NCBI GenBank assembly: GCA_963743805.1
Contig: CAVUQY010000006.1
Location: 36,183 to 100,182, forward strand
DNA: 64,000 nt
DNA from: an uncultured beta proteobacterium
GTDB taxonomy: Bacteria; Pseudomonadota; Gammaproteobacteria; Burkholderiales; SG8-39
Reading direction: 5' to 3'
Shown: positions 30,397 to 41,169 of the stretch, piece after piece
How positions within the stretch are numbered: the first letter of the stretch is position 1
Layout of the letters: every line of letters starts with the position of its first letter
Position numbers and translations under genes: made by a program
The notes under the pieces: model-generated
The model's database searches: none
The model's input: only the letters and a program-made list of their open reading frames with translations
What the model was told of the DNA's origin: nothing

Positions 30397-32122
30397 TCAG
30401 CCGCGCGCCAGCAGCGCCGCGCCGAACGCGATCGCCGCCCCGATCAGCGCAAGACCCGCCACCGGCCATCTACGCAGGATGCCGTCGATCCCCACGAACA
30501 TCCGGCCCACCGGCCTCGTCGCGTGATTCAGCGGCCGCAGGATCGCCATGGATGGAGGCAGGTCGCGCCCGAGAGCGCCGGCCAGCACCGCGCCGCCGAC
30601 GAGCACCAGCACGGCGGACCCGAGGTCCGAGAGCTTGAGCATGCCGGTCAGGGCGTCGAGCGAGAACGCACCGTCGGCCACGAACCCGAGCGCGAGCGAG
30701 CAAAGCGCGAGCGCCAGCGCCGCGAGCTCGGCGATGCGCGACACCGGTTTCTTCGACTCGATCGGCCCCGCGGCCGGACGCGAGCGCGTGCGCGAGCACG
30801 AGCACGACGTAGCTCGCCGTCAGCAGGCCGCCGACGTCGAGCACCGTTTCCCACCACCACTGTCCCGACGCGCCGGCGGCGTCGAAGAAGAGCTTCTTCG
30901 CGACGTACGCGCCGCTCGGCGGCAGGCCCATCAGGGCGATGCCGGCGAGCGCGAAGGTGAGCACGCTCACCGGTAGCGCTCGCGCGACGCCGGCGAGCCC
31001 GGCGATGCGATCGTGGCCGAGCGAGAGGTAGATGAGCCCGGCGGCCATGAACATCGCCGCCTTCGCGGTCGCGTGGGAGATCGCCTGCAGCATGCCGCCG
31101 GTCAGCGCGCCGCCGCGCACGAGCGCGCCGGCCGCGGCGTCGAAGGCGAGCGGAAACATCAGGAACAGGTAGCCGATCTGCGCGACCGTCGAGTACGCGA
31201 CGAGCAGCTTCAGACGCTCCTGCCGCAGGGCGACCACGTTGCCGACGAGGATCGCGCCCGCGCCGAGCGCCGCGAGCAGCTCGGCCGACGGCGCCGTCAC
31301 CACGCCCGGCATGACGTCGAACCAGACCCGCACGACGAGAAACCACGAGCCCTTGATCACCAGCCCCGACAGCACGGCGCTCGCCGCGGCGGGCGCACCG
31401 GCGTGCGCGGGCGGCAGCCACAGGTGCAGCGGAAAGAGCGCGGTCTTGGCCAGCAGCCCCGCCGTCATCAACGCCGCCGCCGCGAGCGTCGCCGGATCGG
31501 GGCCGATCCGCTCGGACAGGAGCTGGATGTCCAGCGTGCCGTACGCGCCGTAGATCAGCACCGCGCCGAGGAGGTAGAAGACCGAACCGAGGAGCGCGTA
31601 CAGCAGGTAGCGGAGCGCGGCGCGCAGCGTCTCGCCCTTGCCGTCGAGCGACACCAGGGGCACGGCCGCGAAGGTGAGCAGCTCCAGCGCGACGTACAGC
31701 GTGAAGAGATCCCCGCTGACGAACACCAGATTGAGCGAGCCCCAGATCGCGAGGAGCAGCGTCCAGAAGACGAGCGGCGCGCGCGCCTCCCGCACCCCGG
31801 AGGGCGTCCCGAAATCGGCGCGCGCATACACGCCGATGCCGAGCACCACCACCGCGACGGCGAGGATCATGACGAGCGCGAGGCCGTCGGCGCGCAGCGC
31901 GATGCCGAGCGGCGGCGACCAGCCGCCGAGCAGGTAGACGAGCCCCTCGCCGGATCGCGCCATCGCGGCCGCGATGGCGATCGCGATCCCGACGCCGGCG
32001 AGGATCGTGAGCATCGCGACCCGCTGGGCGTTGCGGCCGCCGAGCGCGAAGCCGGCGAGCACGCCGACGAACGGCACCAGCACCGCAGCCACGAGCAGGA
32101 GCCCGTCGGGCGTCGTCGTCAT
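30397..32122 (-). CDS. mnhD: Mrp/Mnh antiporter subunit D-like proton-conducting membrane subunit (NuoM/N family) with a C-terminal extension, frame break near 30770
   Basis: ORF 30470..32122 (MTTTPDGLLLVAAVLVPF...LHLWLPPAHAGAPAAASAVLSGLVIKG...) joins to ORF 30397..30744. Confidence 0.8.
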
Positions 32123-32134
32123 CTCGAGCGGCGT

Positions 32135-32480
32135 CTACGCATCGCGGGCAGCGTCCGGCTCGGCCGGCGCCGGCGCATCGGACGCCAGCGTGACCGAGTC
32201 CGCTTCGTCGGCAAGCCGGAGCAGCAGCGTGACCGCGAGCGCGGTCGCTGAAAACGCCACGACGATGCCGGTGATCAGCAGCGCCTGCGGCACCGGGTCG
32301 CCGCCCCACCCGAGCGCCGCCGCCGCGGCGCGCGACCGCGCCGAACAGCAGGAACACCCCGCTGCCCACCACGTTGAACGCGAGGATCTTGCGCAGCGGC
32401 TGCGGGTTGACGATGAACCCGTACACGCCGACGCCCACCAACGCGGCCGCACACAGCCCGAACAGCGTCGCCGCGCTCAT
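32135..32480 (-). CDS. mnhC: Mrp/Mnh antiporter subunit C (NuoK-like), frame break near 32340
   Basis: MSAATLFGLCAAALVGVGVYGFIVNPQPLRKILAFNVVGSGVFLLFGAVA..., then ORF 32135..32452 (...PVPQALLITGIVVAFSATALAVTLL...). An ATGA overlap links it to the upstream gene. Confidence 0.8.
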
Positions 32481-33419
32481 CGGTCCTCCGGCCGCTGCGG
32501 CGCGCCGGCCATGATGAGGCCGAGGGTCAGCGCGAGCGAGGGCAGCAGCGCCCACTCGATGACGAGGATCAGCGGCTTCGCGAGGCCCTCGGGATAGGCG
32601 AGGAAGGCCCCGGCCGTCGCCACGCCCGCGGCGCCGACCGCGATGAACACGACCGGGCCGGCCACCAGCGCGGCGCGCAGCCGCCTGAGGCTGACCGGCG
32701 GCGCGTCGGCGAGACCTGCCATCATCGCGAGCAGCCACATCGCCGCGAGGATCGTGGCGCCCTGGAACTTGCCGCCGGGGGCGTCCGCCCCGATCCAGAA
32801 GATGTAGACCCCCACGATGATGCCGATCGGCGGCAAGAGTCGCGCGAGGTAGGCGAGGATCCCGTCCGGATCGGCGCGGTAGCGCGGCCCCGGGCGTCCG
32901 CCCCAGACGCGGTCGGGCGCGAGCGACCACACGCCGATCAGCGCGAACAGCAGCACGATCGCCTCCAGCAGCGTGTCGATCGCCCGGAAGGCGAGCAGCA
33001 CCGCGGTAATCGGATTGCCCACGCCGGTCGCGGCGATGTTGGCGGCGACCTCGGGCACGAGCGTCGGCGCGGGCCCGGCCGGCGCCAGCACGACGATCGC
33101 GAGCGCCACTGCCACGCCGCCGGCCACGATCGCCGCGGCGAGCCGCGTCGGCAGCCCGGGCCGCTCGGCGTTCGACGCCGCCTCGGTCCGGCGCAGCTTC
33201 GCCGCCGCGCGCAACAGCAGCACTCCGGTCAGCCCGCCGCCGATCGCCGCTTCGGTCAGCGCGACGTCGATGCCGCGCAGCTGCCACCCAGGCGAGCGTG
33301 AGAAGCAGGCCGTAGGCGACGAAGCCGACGATCGCCGCGAACGTGTCGCGCGCGACGATCGTCCAGATCGCCAGCCCCAGGACGAGGAGCGCGATGCCGG
33401 CGTTGAGCGCGTCGATCAT
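32477..33419 (-). CDS. mnhB: Mrp/Mnh antiporter subunit B fused to an N-terminal DUF4040-like segment, frame break near 33285
   Basis: MIDALNAGIALLVLGLAIWTIVARDTFAAIVGFVAYGLLLTLAW..., then ORF 32477..33223 (...NPITAVLLAFRAIDTLLEAIVLLFALIGVW...GGKFQGATILA...). Confidence 0.8.
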
Positions 33420-33709
33420 GCGCGCGGTCCGGCGCGCCGCGCCGCGCGCGCGATCAGCTGGGACACGACCGCTCCCACGAGCAGGGCAAGCAGCCAGATC
33501 GCGAAGAGCTTGAGGCCCGCGAGCAGCCCGTTCGCCTGCGGCAGGAGGCCGAGCACCACGAGGCCGAGGCCGAGATTGTCGGCCTTGCTGAGCGCGTGCA
33601 GGTGGGTGAAGACGTCGGGGAAGCGCAGGAGGCCGACCGTCCCGGCGAGGAAGAAGAACGCGCCGGCGGCGACGGCGACGACGGTGAAGAGGTCGAGCGC
33701 GGCGCTCAC
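33416..33709 (-). CDS. mnhG: Mrp/Mnh antiporter subunit G
   Basis: The tail of ORF 33416..33967 from GTG 33709: VSAALDLFTVVAVAAGAFFFLAGTVGLLRFPDVFTHLHALSKADNLGLGLVVLG... This is a typical MnhG. Confidence 0.85.
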   Translation of the reverse strand: MSAALDLFTVVAVAAGAFFFLAGTVGLLRFPDVFTHLHALSKADNLGLGLVVLGLLPQANGLLAGLKLFAIWLLALLVGAVVSQLIARAARRAGPRA

Positions 33710-33993
33710 AAGGCGTCGTCCGGTCCGGCCTCGCCGCTCGGCGGCGAGGCGGTGAATCTGACGAACGCCACCGTCGCGAACGCCGCCAGCAGCGCGAGCG
33801 CCAGCGACAGGTCGATCACCGAGTCCACGCCGGCCGCGGCGCCGAAAAGGAGCAGTGCGGCGATGCCGCCGCTGCCGAGCAGCTGCGCGGCCATCATCCG
33901 GTCGGCGTCGGCCGGTCCGCGGAGGATGCGCACCAGTCCCAGCGCGACGGTCGCCAGCACGAAGCACGACGTCGCGAACAGGAACTCAGCCAT
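33706..33993 (-). CDS. mnhF: Mrp/Mnh antiporter subunit F
   Basis: ORF 33706..34023. MAEFLFATSCFVLATVALGLVRILRGPADADRMMAAQLLGSGGIA... A GTGA overlap links it to mnhG. Confidence 0.85.
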   Translation of the reverse strand: MAEFLFATSCFVLATVALGLVRILRGPADADRMMAAQLLGSGGIAALLLFGAAAGVDSVIDLSLALALLAAFATVAFVRFTASPPSGEAGPDDAL

Positions 33994-34491
33994 GGCCGCG
34001 TCCCGGCACGAACGCGCGTCCATACGCGCGTTCGTCGGCGGCGAGCTGCTCCACCACCGGCTGCCCGGTGTCGAGGCAGTGATAGATGATCGTCTGCGCG
34101 TCCTCGTCGCAGGGCACCGTGCCCGGCAGGAGGCTCGTGATCGTCTCGAAGGCGTTGCGCGCCGGGCCGCGGGGCAGATTCACCGGATACGCGACGAAAT
34201 CCGGCTGCAACGGCACCCGCGGATGGAACGCGCGACGCGCGACGTCGACGCCGGCGACCACCGACTGCCACAGGAACCGCGGCAGGAGCGCGACGAGCAC
34301 GGCGAATCGAACGCGTCCCGCTTCGGGCGGGAGGAGCCGGAGGCTCGTCCAGGTGGCGGCCGCAGCGGCGCAGGCGCCGACCGCCAGATCGACCGGGTCG
34401 AGACCGATGAGGACGACCCAAAGCGCGAAAGGAAACCCGCGCCGCGCGCGATCGCAGCGCGCCTCCTGCCTTCCGTCGCGTGCCCTGGCAT
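33986..34491 (-). CDS. mnhE: Mrp/Mnh antiporter subunit E, frame break near 34445
   Basis: Own translation: MPGHATEGRRRAAIA / RRGFPFALWVVLIGLDPVDLAVGA...LLPRFLWQSVVAGVDVARRAFHP... This continues into ORF 33986..34300. Confidence 0.7.
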
Positions 34492-34504
34492 CGCCGCCGT
34501 CCGG

Positions 34505-35563
34505 CTACAGCTCGTCGTTGATCGCGATGCCGGCGCCGATCGTGGTCTGGTTCCAGTTGTAGTCGATCATGCTCTCGCCGTAGCCCGTGAAGCCCTGCAC
34601 GTAGGCGCGCAGCGGTCCGAGCAGCTTGGGCGACATCCACGTGAGCTGCGCGGCCCCCTTGCCCGTGCTGATGTTGCCCCGGCCCATCAGCGAGAAGCTG
34701 TGGTCGCGCCACTTGTAGATCGCGGTGAGGCTGCCGTAGCCGTAGTAGTCGGTGATGTCCGGGTTGTCGTCCTTGTCCGCGTCTTCCTTGATGCGGTACC
34801 ACGCCTTCGCGAGCACGGCGAAGTCGCCGCGCTCGACGCCGGCCTCCGCGAACAGCCGGTTCCAGCTGCGCGAGATCGTGTCGGTCCGGCCGTTCGACTG
34901 GTGGTTGAATCCCGCGTTGAGGAGATTCCATTGCCACCCGCCGCCGAGCGCGAGGCCGGGCCGGTAGCTCACGAACACCTCCGGCATGTAGTTGGTCTCC
35001 CGGAAGGGGCGCGAGATGTTGTCGTTGTACACCTGCCACTGGTTCTGCTGGGTGTACGCGGCCCACACGCCCCAGCGCCGGTCGTCGGTCGTCCAGAGCC
35101 GCAGCTTGAAGCTGAGCTGGAACTTCGCTTCCACGTCGTCGATCGTCTCCGGCTGCCCGGCGGCCTGGAAGGCGGGCGCGTAGGGCGCGGTGTTGACGTT
35201 GTCGGTGTAGCGCGCGAACAGCAGGTAGTTCTGGTGGTACGCGGTGAGCGCATATCGATCCGATCCCGGATCGAATCCCCAGGCGGTGTCGATCAGCGAT
35301 GCGGGGCCGCGCGCGACCGGCGCGGGCTGCCCGGCGACGGCCGCCGGCGGCTGCCCGGGCGCAAACGGCTGCCCGGGCGCCGGGGGCGCGGCGGCGGTGC
35401 GCCCGCTGGCCCGGTCGTAGCAAGCGAGGCGCTCGCTGTCCGCGCCGATCGCCGCGCACGCGGCGAGGGCGGCCGGCCCGGTCTGCGCGAACGCGGGGCC
35501 GGCGACGCCGAGCAGGGCGGCGACCATCGATGCGAAACCGAGGCGATGCGTGAGGTTGAACAT
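34505..35563 (-). CDS. pldA: outer-membrane phospholipase A (PldA/OMPLA)
   Basis: Intact 352 aa ORF. It has a signal peptide, a Pro/Gly/Gln-rich linker and YHQNYLL...HQSNG...(catalytic Ser-His region)...GYGESMIDYN. Confidence 0.9.
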   Translation of the reverse strand: MFNLTHRLGFASMVAALLGVAGPAFAQTGPAALAACAAIGADSERLACYDRASGRTAAAPPAPGQPFAPGQPPAAVAGQPAPVARGPASLIDTAWGFDPGSDRYALTAYHQNYLLFARYTDNVNTAPYAPAFQAAGQPETIDDVEAKFQLSFKLRLWTTDDRRWGVWAAYTQQNQWQVYNDNISRPFRETNYMPEVFVSYRPGLALGGGWQWNLLNAGFNHQSNGRTDTISRSWNRLFAEAGVERGDFAVLAKAWYRIKEDADKDDNPDITDYYGYGSLTAIYKWRDHSFSLMGRGNISTGKGAAQLTWMSPKLLGPLRAYVQGFTGYGESMIDYNWNQTTIGAGIAINDEL

Positions 35564-35626
35564 GAACGTCCTCTCTCGATCCAGGTGTGATGGGTAGGGC
35601 GGAAAGGCCGCGCGCAGTGCCGCGGT

Positions 35627-36260
35627 CTATCGCGCCGCAGGCGCGGGACAGCCGGTGCACGCCTGCAGGTTGGCGCCGCGGAACGTCGTCTTCTCGAGCT
35701 GCGCGCCGGTCAGATTGGCCCCTTCCAGATTCGCTTTCTCGAAGCGCGCGCCCCGCAGGTCGGCGCCCGTGAGATCAGCGCCGCGCAGATCCGCGCCGAA
35801 CAGGTCCGCCCGCTCCAGGTTGGCGCCGCGCAGCTTCGCCGACGCCATTCGCGCATACCGAAGGCTCGCGCCGCTCAGGTTCGCATCGCTCAAATCGGCG
35901 CCGCCGAGGCTGGCGCCCTGAAGGTCCGCGGCGCTGAAGCTCGCCCGCGCGAGGTTCGCGTTGCTCAGGTTCGCGCCGCGCAGACTGGCGCGATCGAGCG
36001 AGGCCCTGGTGAGATTCGCGCGCTGGAAATCGACCCGCTGCAGCCTGGCGCGGTCGAACCGCGCCTCGGTGAGGTCCGCGCCGCTCAGAGTTTGAGCGGG
36101 AGAGATCCGCCCTCGTCAGATCCGCCTTGGGCAGGGTCGCGCCGCGCAGGTTCGCGGACACGCAGTGCGTGCCCGGCTGGATCCGGCACCGGTCGATCGT
36201 TTGCGCAGCGGCGATCGGCACGGCGCAGAGGGTGAGGATGACGGGGAGGAGGAAACGCAT
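35627..36260 (-). CDS. secreted pentapeptide-repeat protein, frame break near 36100
   Basis: [20 protein letters not shown] is a signal peptide. It is followed by about 35 A(D/N)LxG-type pentapeptide repeats (ORF 35627..35893 plus the upstream frame), with a C-terminal CTGC. Confidence 0.8.
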
Positions 36261-36317
36261 GTAGAGCCTCATTGTTTTAGCGGTTGCGGTACGTGGCGAT
36301 GCGCGCATGGGCCGGGG

Positions 36318-36990
36318 TCAGGGCGTCACCCCGTTCAGCTCGGCCCAGCCGTTCCACATGATCTGGATGCCGATGCAGAGCAGGATGAACGCCATCAGCC
36401 GCATCATCACGAGCATGCCGACTGGCGCCGAGGCGGTCGAGCACCGCGGCGGAGTTCTTGAAGATGAAGTAGAGAACGATGGAGACGAGCGCCGCACCGG
36501 CGGCCGCCACGACCGCGCCCGCCAGGTACAGGACGGGCGTCGTCGGGATCTGCGCGCCGAGCGCGATCGACGCCGCGATCGTGCCGGGCCCGGTCGTGAG
36601 CGGGAACGTGATCGGGAAGAAGCTCCGCCGGACGATCTCGGCATCCGACAGCGTCGCGGCCTGTTCCGCCGCGGCGGCGTGCACGTCGTCGTCCTCGGTG
36701 CGATGGAGCATGCGCCAGGCCGTGGCGGCCACCAGCAGGCCGCCGCCGAGGCGCACCACGGGCAGCGAGACGCCGAAGAACGCCAGCACGTACGTGCCGA
36801 TCAGCATGGACGTAACCACCACGAACCAGCCGTTGATCGCCACCTGGCGCGCCAGCCGCTGCGCGATGCTGCGATTGGCGCCGACCGTCGCGACGAAGAG
36901 CGGCGCGGTGCTGAGCGGGTTGATGATCGGCAGCAGGGTCACCGGGATCAGGACGAGCGCCTTCAGGAAAGGGATGACCAACGACTCCAC
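36318..36990 (-). CDS. marC: MarC-family (UPF0056) membrane protein, frame break near 36425
   Basis: VESLVIPFLKALVLIPVTLLPIINPLSTAPLFVA...FFPITFPLTTGPGTIAASIALG... (ORF 36277..37014) joins to the tail GMLVMMRLMAFILLCIGIQIMWNGW (ORF 36318..36644). Confidence 0.8.
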
Positions 36991-37116
36991 GGGACCTCTG
37001 CAGGCGAATCGCAAGCGTGGGGCGCGAGTCTATCGCGAACTGCCGGCGCCGAGTTATCCCCATCGCGGCCGAGCCGTCGCCCGGCGCTTCGGATCGCCCC
37101 TCCCTGCGGGCGTAGA

Positions 37117-37866
37117 TCAGGAGAAGAACTCCACCTTCGCGCTTTGGATGTCGTACATCGCCCCGACGATGTTGATCGCGCCCTTCGCCTTGAGCTCGTT
37201 CAGCACGGGACTGCCCTTGCGGATGCCCTCCATGGTGAGCTCCACGTTCTTGCGGGCTACGGCATCCACGAAAGCGCTGTTCTTGGCAGAGCGGTCGCCC
37301 TGGTAGGTGGCCGCTTTCACCGCCGGCTGGATCCTGGCGAGCAGACCGGTGAGGTTGCCGAGCTTCACGTCGTCGATCGCGCCGGCGATCGCGCCGCACG
37401 CCGTGTGACCCATCACCAGCACGACCTTGGCGCCGGCCGCGGCGCAGGCGAACTCCATGCTGCCGAGGATGTCGTCATTGGCGATGTTCCCGGCCACGCG
37501 CGCGTTGAAGACGTCGCCGATGCCGAGATCCATGATCGTTTCCGCCGGCGCGCGCGAGTCGATGCAGCTGAGGATCACCGCCGCGGGAAACTGTCCCTTG
37601 GCGCTCGCCCGCTGCTGCGCGAGGACGTTCTGCGCCGTTCCCTTGCCGCTGCGGAAGCGCTCGTTGCCCCGCTTCATCATCGCGATGATCTCGTCCGGCG
37701 TCAGCTTGTCCCGCTGCGCCTTGGTAAGCGCCGCCGCGTAGGCAAGCTGGGCAAATGGACCCGCGGTCAAGAGCCCCGCGGCCGTCGCGATCCCGGCTGT
37801 TTTCAGGAAGCTCCGGCGCGTCGAGTGGTTGCAGCAGTTCTGGAGAGCGGCAGGAAGGATCGGCAT
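37117..37866 (-). CDS. beta-class carbonic anhydrase with a twin-arginine (Tat) signal peptide
   Basis: The ORF 37117..37950 segment from MPILPAAL. It has the STRRSFLK Tat motif, SCIDSR...GHTACGAI zinc ligands, and is intact. Confidence 0.9.
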   Translation of the reverse strand: MPILPAALQNCCNHSTRRSFLKTAGIATAAGLLTAGPFAQLAYAAALTKAQRDKLTPDEIIAMMKRGNERFRSGKGTAQNVLAQQRASAKGQFPAAVILSCIDSRAPAETIMDLGIGDVFNARVAGNIANDDILGSMEFACAAAGAKVVLVMGHTACGAIAGAIDDVKLGNLTGLLARIQPAVKAATYQGDRSAKNSAFVDAVARKNVELTMEGIRKGSPVLNELKAKGAINIVGAMYDIQSAKVEFFS

Positions 37867-38016
37867 GCTTTGATGCTCCTTGGGTGGGACTTCTCGTGGC
37901 TGACGCGTCGCAAATGCGCGCGTTCTCGTTCTGCCTGGCCATGCCGGCATCGCACCTACTGCGCATCGACCCTCCGGCCGGCCGGTGCGGCGCTACGCAA
38001 TTCCTCGTGCGTGCGG

Positions 38017-39326
38017 TTAGAAAGCCTTGCGGACGTTGAGCCAGTACTCCGTCGAGCTGTAGTTGAACCCGACCGAGTTGCTCTCGTCCCGGATGTAGAG
38101 GATCTCCGGCCGGAACGTCCAGCCGCGCGCGAACTCCCAGACGAGACCCCCGCCGAACTCGTACAGGTTGTCCTTGCGCCTGAGCACGACGCCTTCATCG
38201 AGCGAATCTGGATGGAAGTGGATGGCGTCCGTGTTGAACGCGTCGCGCTCCCACCAGGCGAACATGAAGCCGGCGAGGCGGTCGGTGAAGGTGTAGTCCA
38301 GGTTGGCCGTGGCGCCATAGATCGCGGAGTCGCCGTCCGGCCGGCTGGTCGCGTAGTTGTACCCGCCGTGCCCGGTCAGGGAAAAGCTCCCACGGCCGTC
38401 GAACAGCGAGCGGACCCAGCCCGCGGTGGCGGTCGCGGTGGTGCGGCTGCGCTCGCGCAGCGGGCCGTCCGGGTATCGCCGCCGCTGGAGCTCGGCGCCG
38501 ACGGTGAACTGGTTGTCCTCGTCGTATCGATAGCGGTAGTTCGTGAAGATCGAGTAGTCGTTGCGATACTGGCCGCCGCCGCGATAGCTCACCCGGCCCC
38601 TGAATCCGACCGCAAGGTTGTTCTCGCCGAACGCGCGGCTGCCCGCGGCGCGCCAGCGCCAGTCCGAATCGTTGCGGATGTCGTCGTTGTCGAAGGACCG
38701 GAAGCGGTAGTCCAGGTTGGCATCCAGCGCGTAACCGTTGTCGAGCGCGTAATTCAGCCCGCCGCCCACGCGCGCGTTGAAGAACGAGTCGCTGCGATCG
38801 CCGCCGCCGAACGCGTCGGTGCCGCGCGTCGAGTTCACCCGGTAGCCGCCGATGCCGGTCTCCGCATAGCCGAAGCTCGTCAGGCGCCGGCCCTCGTCCA
38901 GCGATTGCCGCGCCAACTGGTCGTAGATCTCGACCTGGGTGAGAAGGTCGGGCGGCAGGTCATCGACCCGCAGCACCGTCTCGAACTCGATCTTCGCTTC
39001 GGCGTAGCGGCCGAGCGCGAAGTAGGCGCGGCCGAGCGCGAGATGCGCGGCGACCGTCGTCCGGCCGCTGCGCGAGGCTGCGCTCGAAGAGCACCAGCGC
39101 CTTCTCCGGGCGCTTGGTGCCGAGCGCGGCGCGGCCGAGGAGGTAGTTGAACTCAGCGTCGCCCTTGCGCGCGTCTTCGAACGGCGCAAGCAGGTCGTAG
39201 GCGTCCTGATAGCTTCCCCGCGCGCACGAGCTGCTCGGCGCGTCCGAGGTCGGGATCGGCACCGAGCGCCGCGCTCGCGACGAGGAACCCCATCGTGGCG
39301 ACGAATGCGCGCATCGATCGCTTCAT
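38017..39326 (-). CDS. TPR-containing outer-membrane beta-barrel protein, Slam/DUF560-like (family assignment tentative), frame breaks near 39215 and 39075
   Basis: MKRSMRAFVATMGFLVASAALG is a signal peptide, with GGAGGGAG upstream. TPR-like helices follow (ORF 38960..39262), then an aromatic-rich barrel ending ...STEYWLNVRKAF (ORF 38017..39189). Confidence 0.5.
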
Positions 39327-39691
39327 GCTCCCTCCTGCGCGAACCAACGCGAGTCCGTTCGTCGCTTCGGCTCTACGGATCAATGTTTCGTTTTTGTGTC
39401 CGCCTGAGTCGTTCGACGCGGGGAAGTCCGTTGCGCGCAGAGCTCTGCCGAACTTCGCGAGAATGTGCTGCTCCTTGACGCGGACGCATTCTTCCAAAAG
39501 AATGGTTGTGGGCGCAACAAAAAATCGCGATCTCCTTCGAGTCCCAGTACAGTACGGCCGCCGCGGACAGCATTCAGGTTCCGGTCGCTGCGGACGTTTC
39601 ACTATCGGGCAGGCGCGTTTCACCGGCGAACCACGGGCATCCGACACAACGCGAGGGCACTCCTCTCTCGCGCAACAAGAATGGGGGCACG

Positions 39692-41146
39692 ATGAGCAAC
39701 GGATCGACGCAGAAACTCACCCTGTTCGCCCTGACCGCCATGGTCGTCGGGGGAATGGTGGGCTCGGGCATCTTCTCCCTGCCGCGCACCTTCGCCAATG
39801 CAACCGGTCCCTTCGGCGCGATCATCGCGTGGTGCATCGCCGCGGGCGGCATGTACACGCTCGCGCGGGTGTTCCAGTTTCTCGCCGAGCGCAAGCCCGA
39901 TCTCGATGCCGGTGTCTACGCCTACGCCAAGGCCGGGTTCGGCAACTATCCTGGGCTTCGCCGTCGGCCTTCGGCTACTGGATCGGCACCTGCGTCGGCA
40001 ACGTCTCCTACTGGGTGCTGATCAAGTCGACGCTCGGCGCGTTCTTCCCGGTCTTCGGCGACGGCAACACGGTCAGCGCGATCGTGGTCTCCTCGGTCGG
40101 CATCTGGGCCTTCCATTTCATGATCCTGCGCGGCACCAAGGAGGCGGCGTTCATCAACAAGGTCGTCACCATCGCCAAGATCGTTCCGATCCTGCTGTTC
40201 ATCGTGATCCTGATCTTCGCCTTCAAGCCCGACCTCTTCGGCGCCAACTTCTGGGGCGGCGCAGGGCTACGCCAGGAACGCGAGCCTGTTCGACCAGGTC
40301 GCGGCGACGATGCTGGTCACGGTGTTCGTGTTCCTCGGCATCGAGGGCGCCAGCGTCTATTCGCGCTTCGCCAAGAAGCGCGCGGACGTGGGCACGGCGA
40401 CGGTGGTCGGCTTCCTCGGCGTGACCTGGCGCTGCTGGTGCTGGTCGACCCTGCTGCCCTACGGCGTGCTGCCGCGCGCCGAGATCGCCGGCACTGCGCC
40501 AGCCGTCGATGGCGGCGGTGCTCGAGGCCGTGGTCGGGCCCTGGGGCGCGATCTTCATCAGCGTCGGGCTGCATCGTCTCGGTGCTCGGCGCCTACCTCG
40601 CCTGGTCGCTGATGTGCGCCGAGGTGCTGTCCGCCGCCGCGCAAGACAGGGACATGCCGAAGGTCTTCGCGACCAGGAGAACGAGAACAAGGTGCCGGCG
40701 GCGGCGCTGTGGATGACCAACATCCTGGTCCAGCTGCTTCGTCGATCAGCACGCTCTGGTCCGCAGGACGCGTTCACGCTGATGCTCTAGCATGACCAGC
40801 GTCATGACGCTGATGCCCTATCTTCCTGGTCGCGGCCTATTCGCTGCAAGCTGGTGCTGACCCGCGAGACCTACGATGCCAGCGGCCCGAGGAGCGCACG
40901 ACGGACCTGATCTTCGCCGGCCTCGCGGTGATCTACACGGTCTTCCTGCTCTTCGCCGGCGGGCTGAAGTTCCTGGTGCTCTCGCTCCTGATCTACGCGC
41001 CCGGAACCCTCCTCTACGTCTGGACCCGGCGCGAGCAGGGCAAGCAGCTCTTCACGCCGGTCGAGTGGATCATCTTCGGCGTGGTCGTGGTCGGTGCGGT
41101 GCATCGCGGCTCTACGGCCTGGTCGACCGGCTACATCACCATCTAG
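39692..41146 (+). pseudogene. arcD: arginine/ornithine antiporter ArcD (APC family), at least 8 frame breaks
   Basis: MSNGSTQKLTLFALTAMVVGGMVGSGIFSLPRTFA... The gene has to be read through ORFs 39506.., 39295.., 40310.., 40509.., 40876.. and 40928..41146, ending ...TGYITI. Confidence 0.8.
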
Positions 41147-41169
41147 ATCCAAGATACTGGAGCGACATC

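Noticed and set aside
35640-36130. Periodic repeats that might suggest a CRISPR array or a non-coding tandem repeat. I asked the same question of 25661..25727.
   Set aside because: The periodicity is 15 nt and encodes A(D/N)LxG pentapeptide repeats in an open frame. No spacer-repeat architecture or cas genes occur anywhere in the window.
39475-39488. TTGAC-GCGG-ACGCA as an ANR/FNR box for the arc operon.
   Set aside because: Only the left half-site matches the consensus, which is too weak to call as a feature. It is mentioned only in the leader-region finding.
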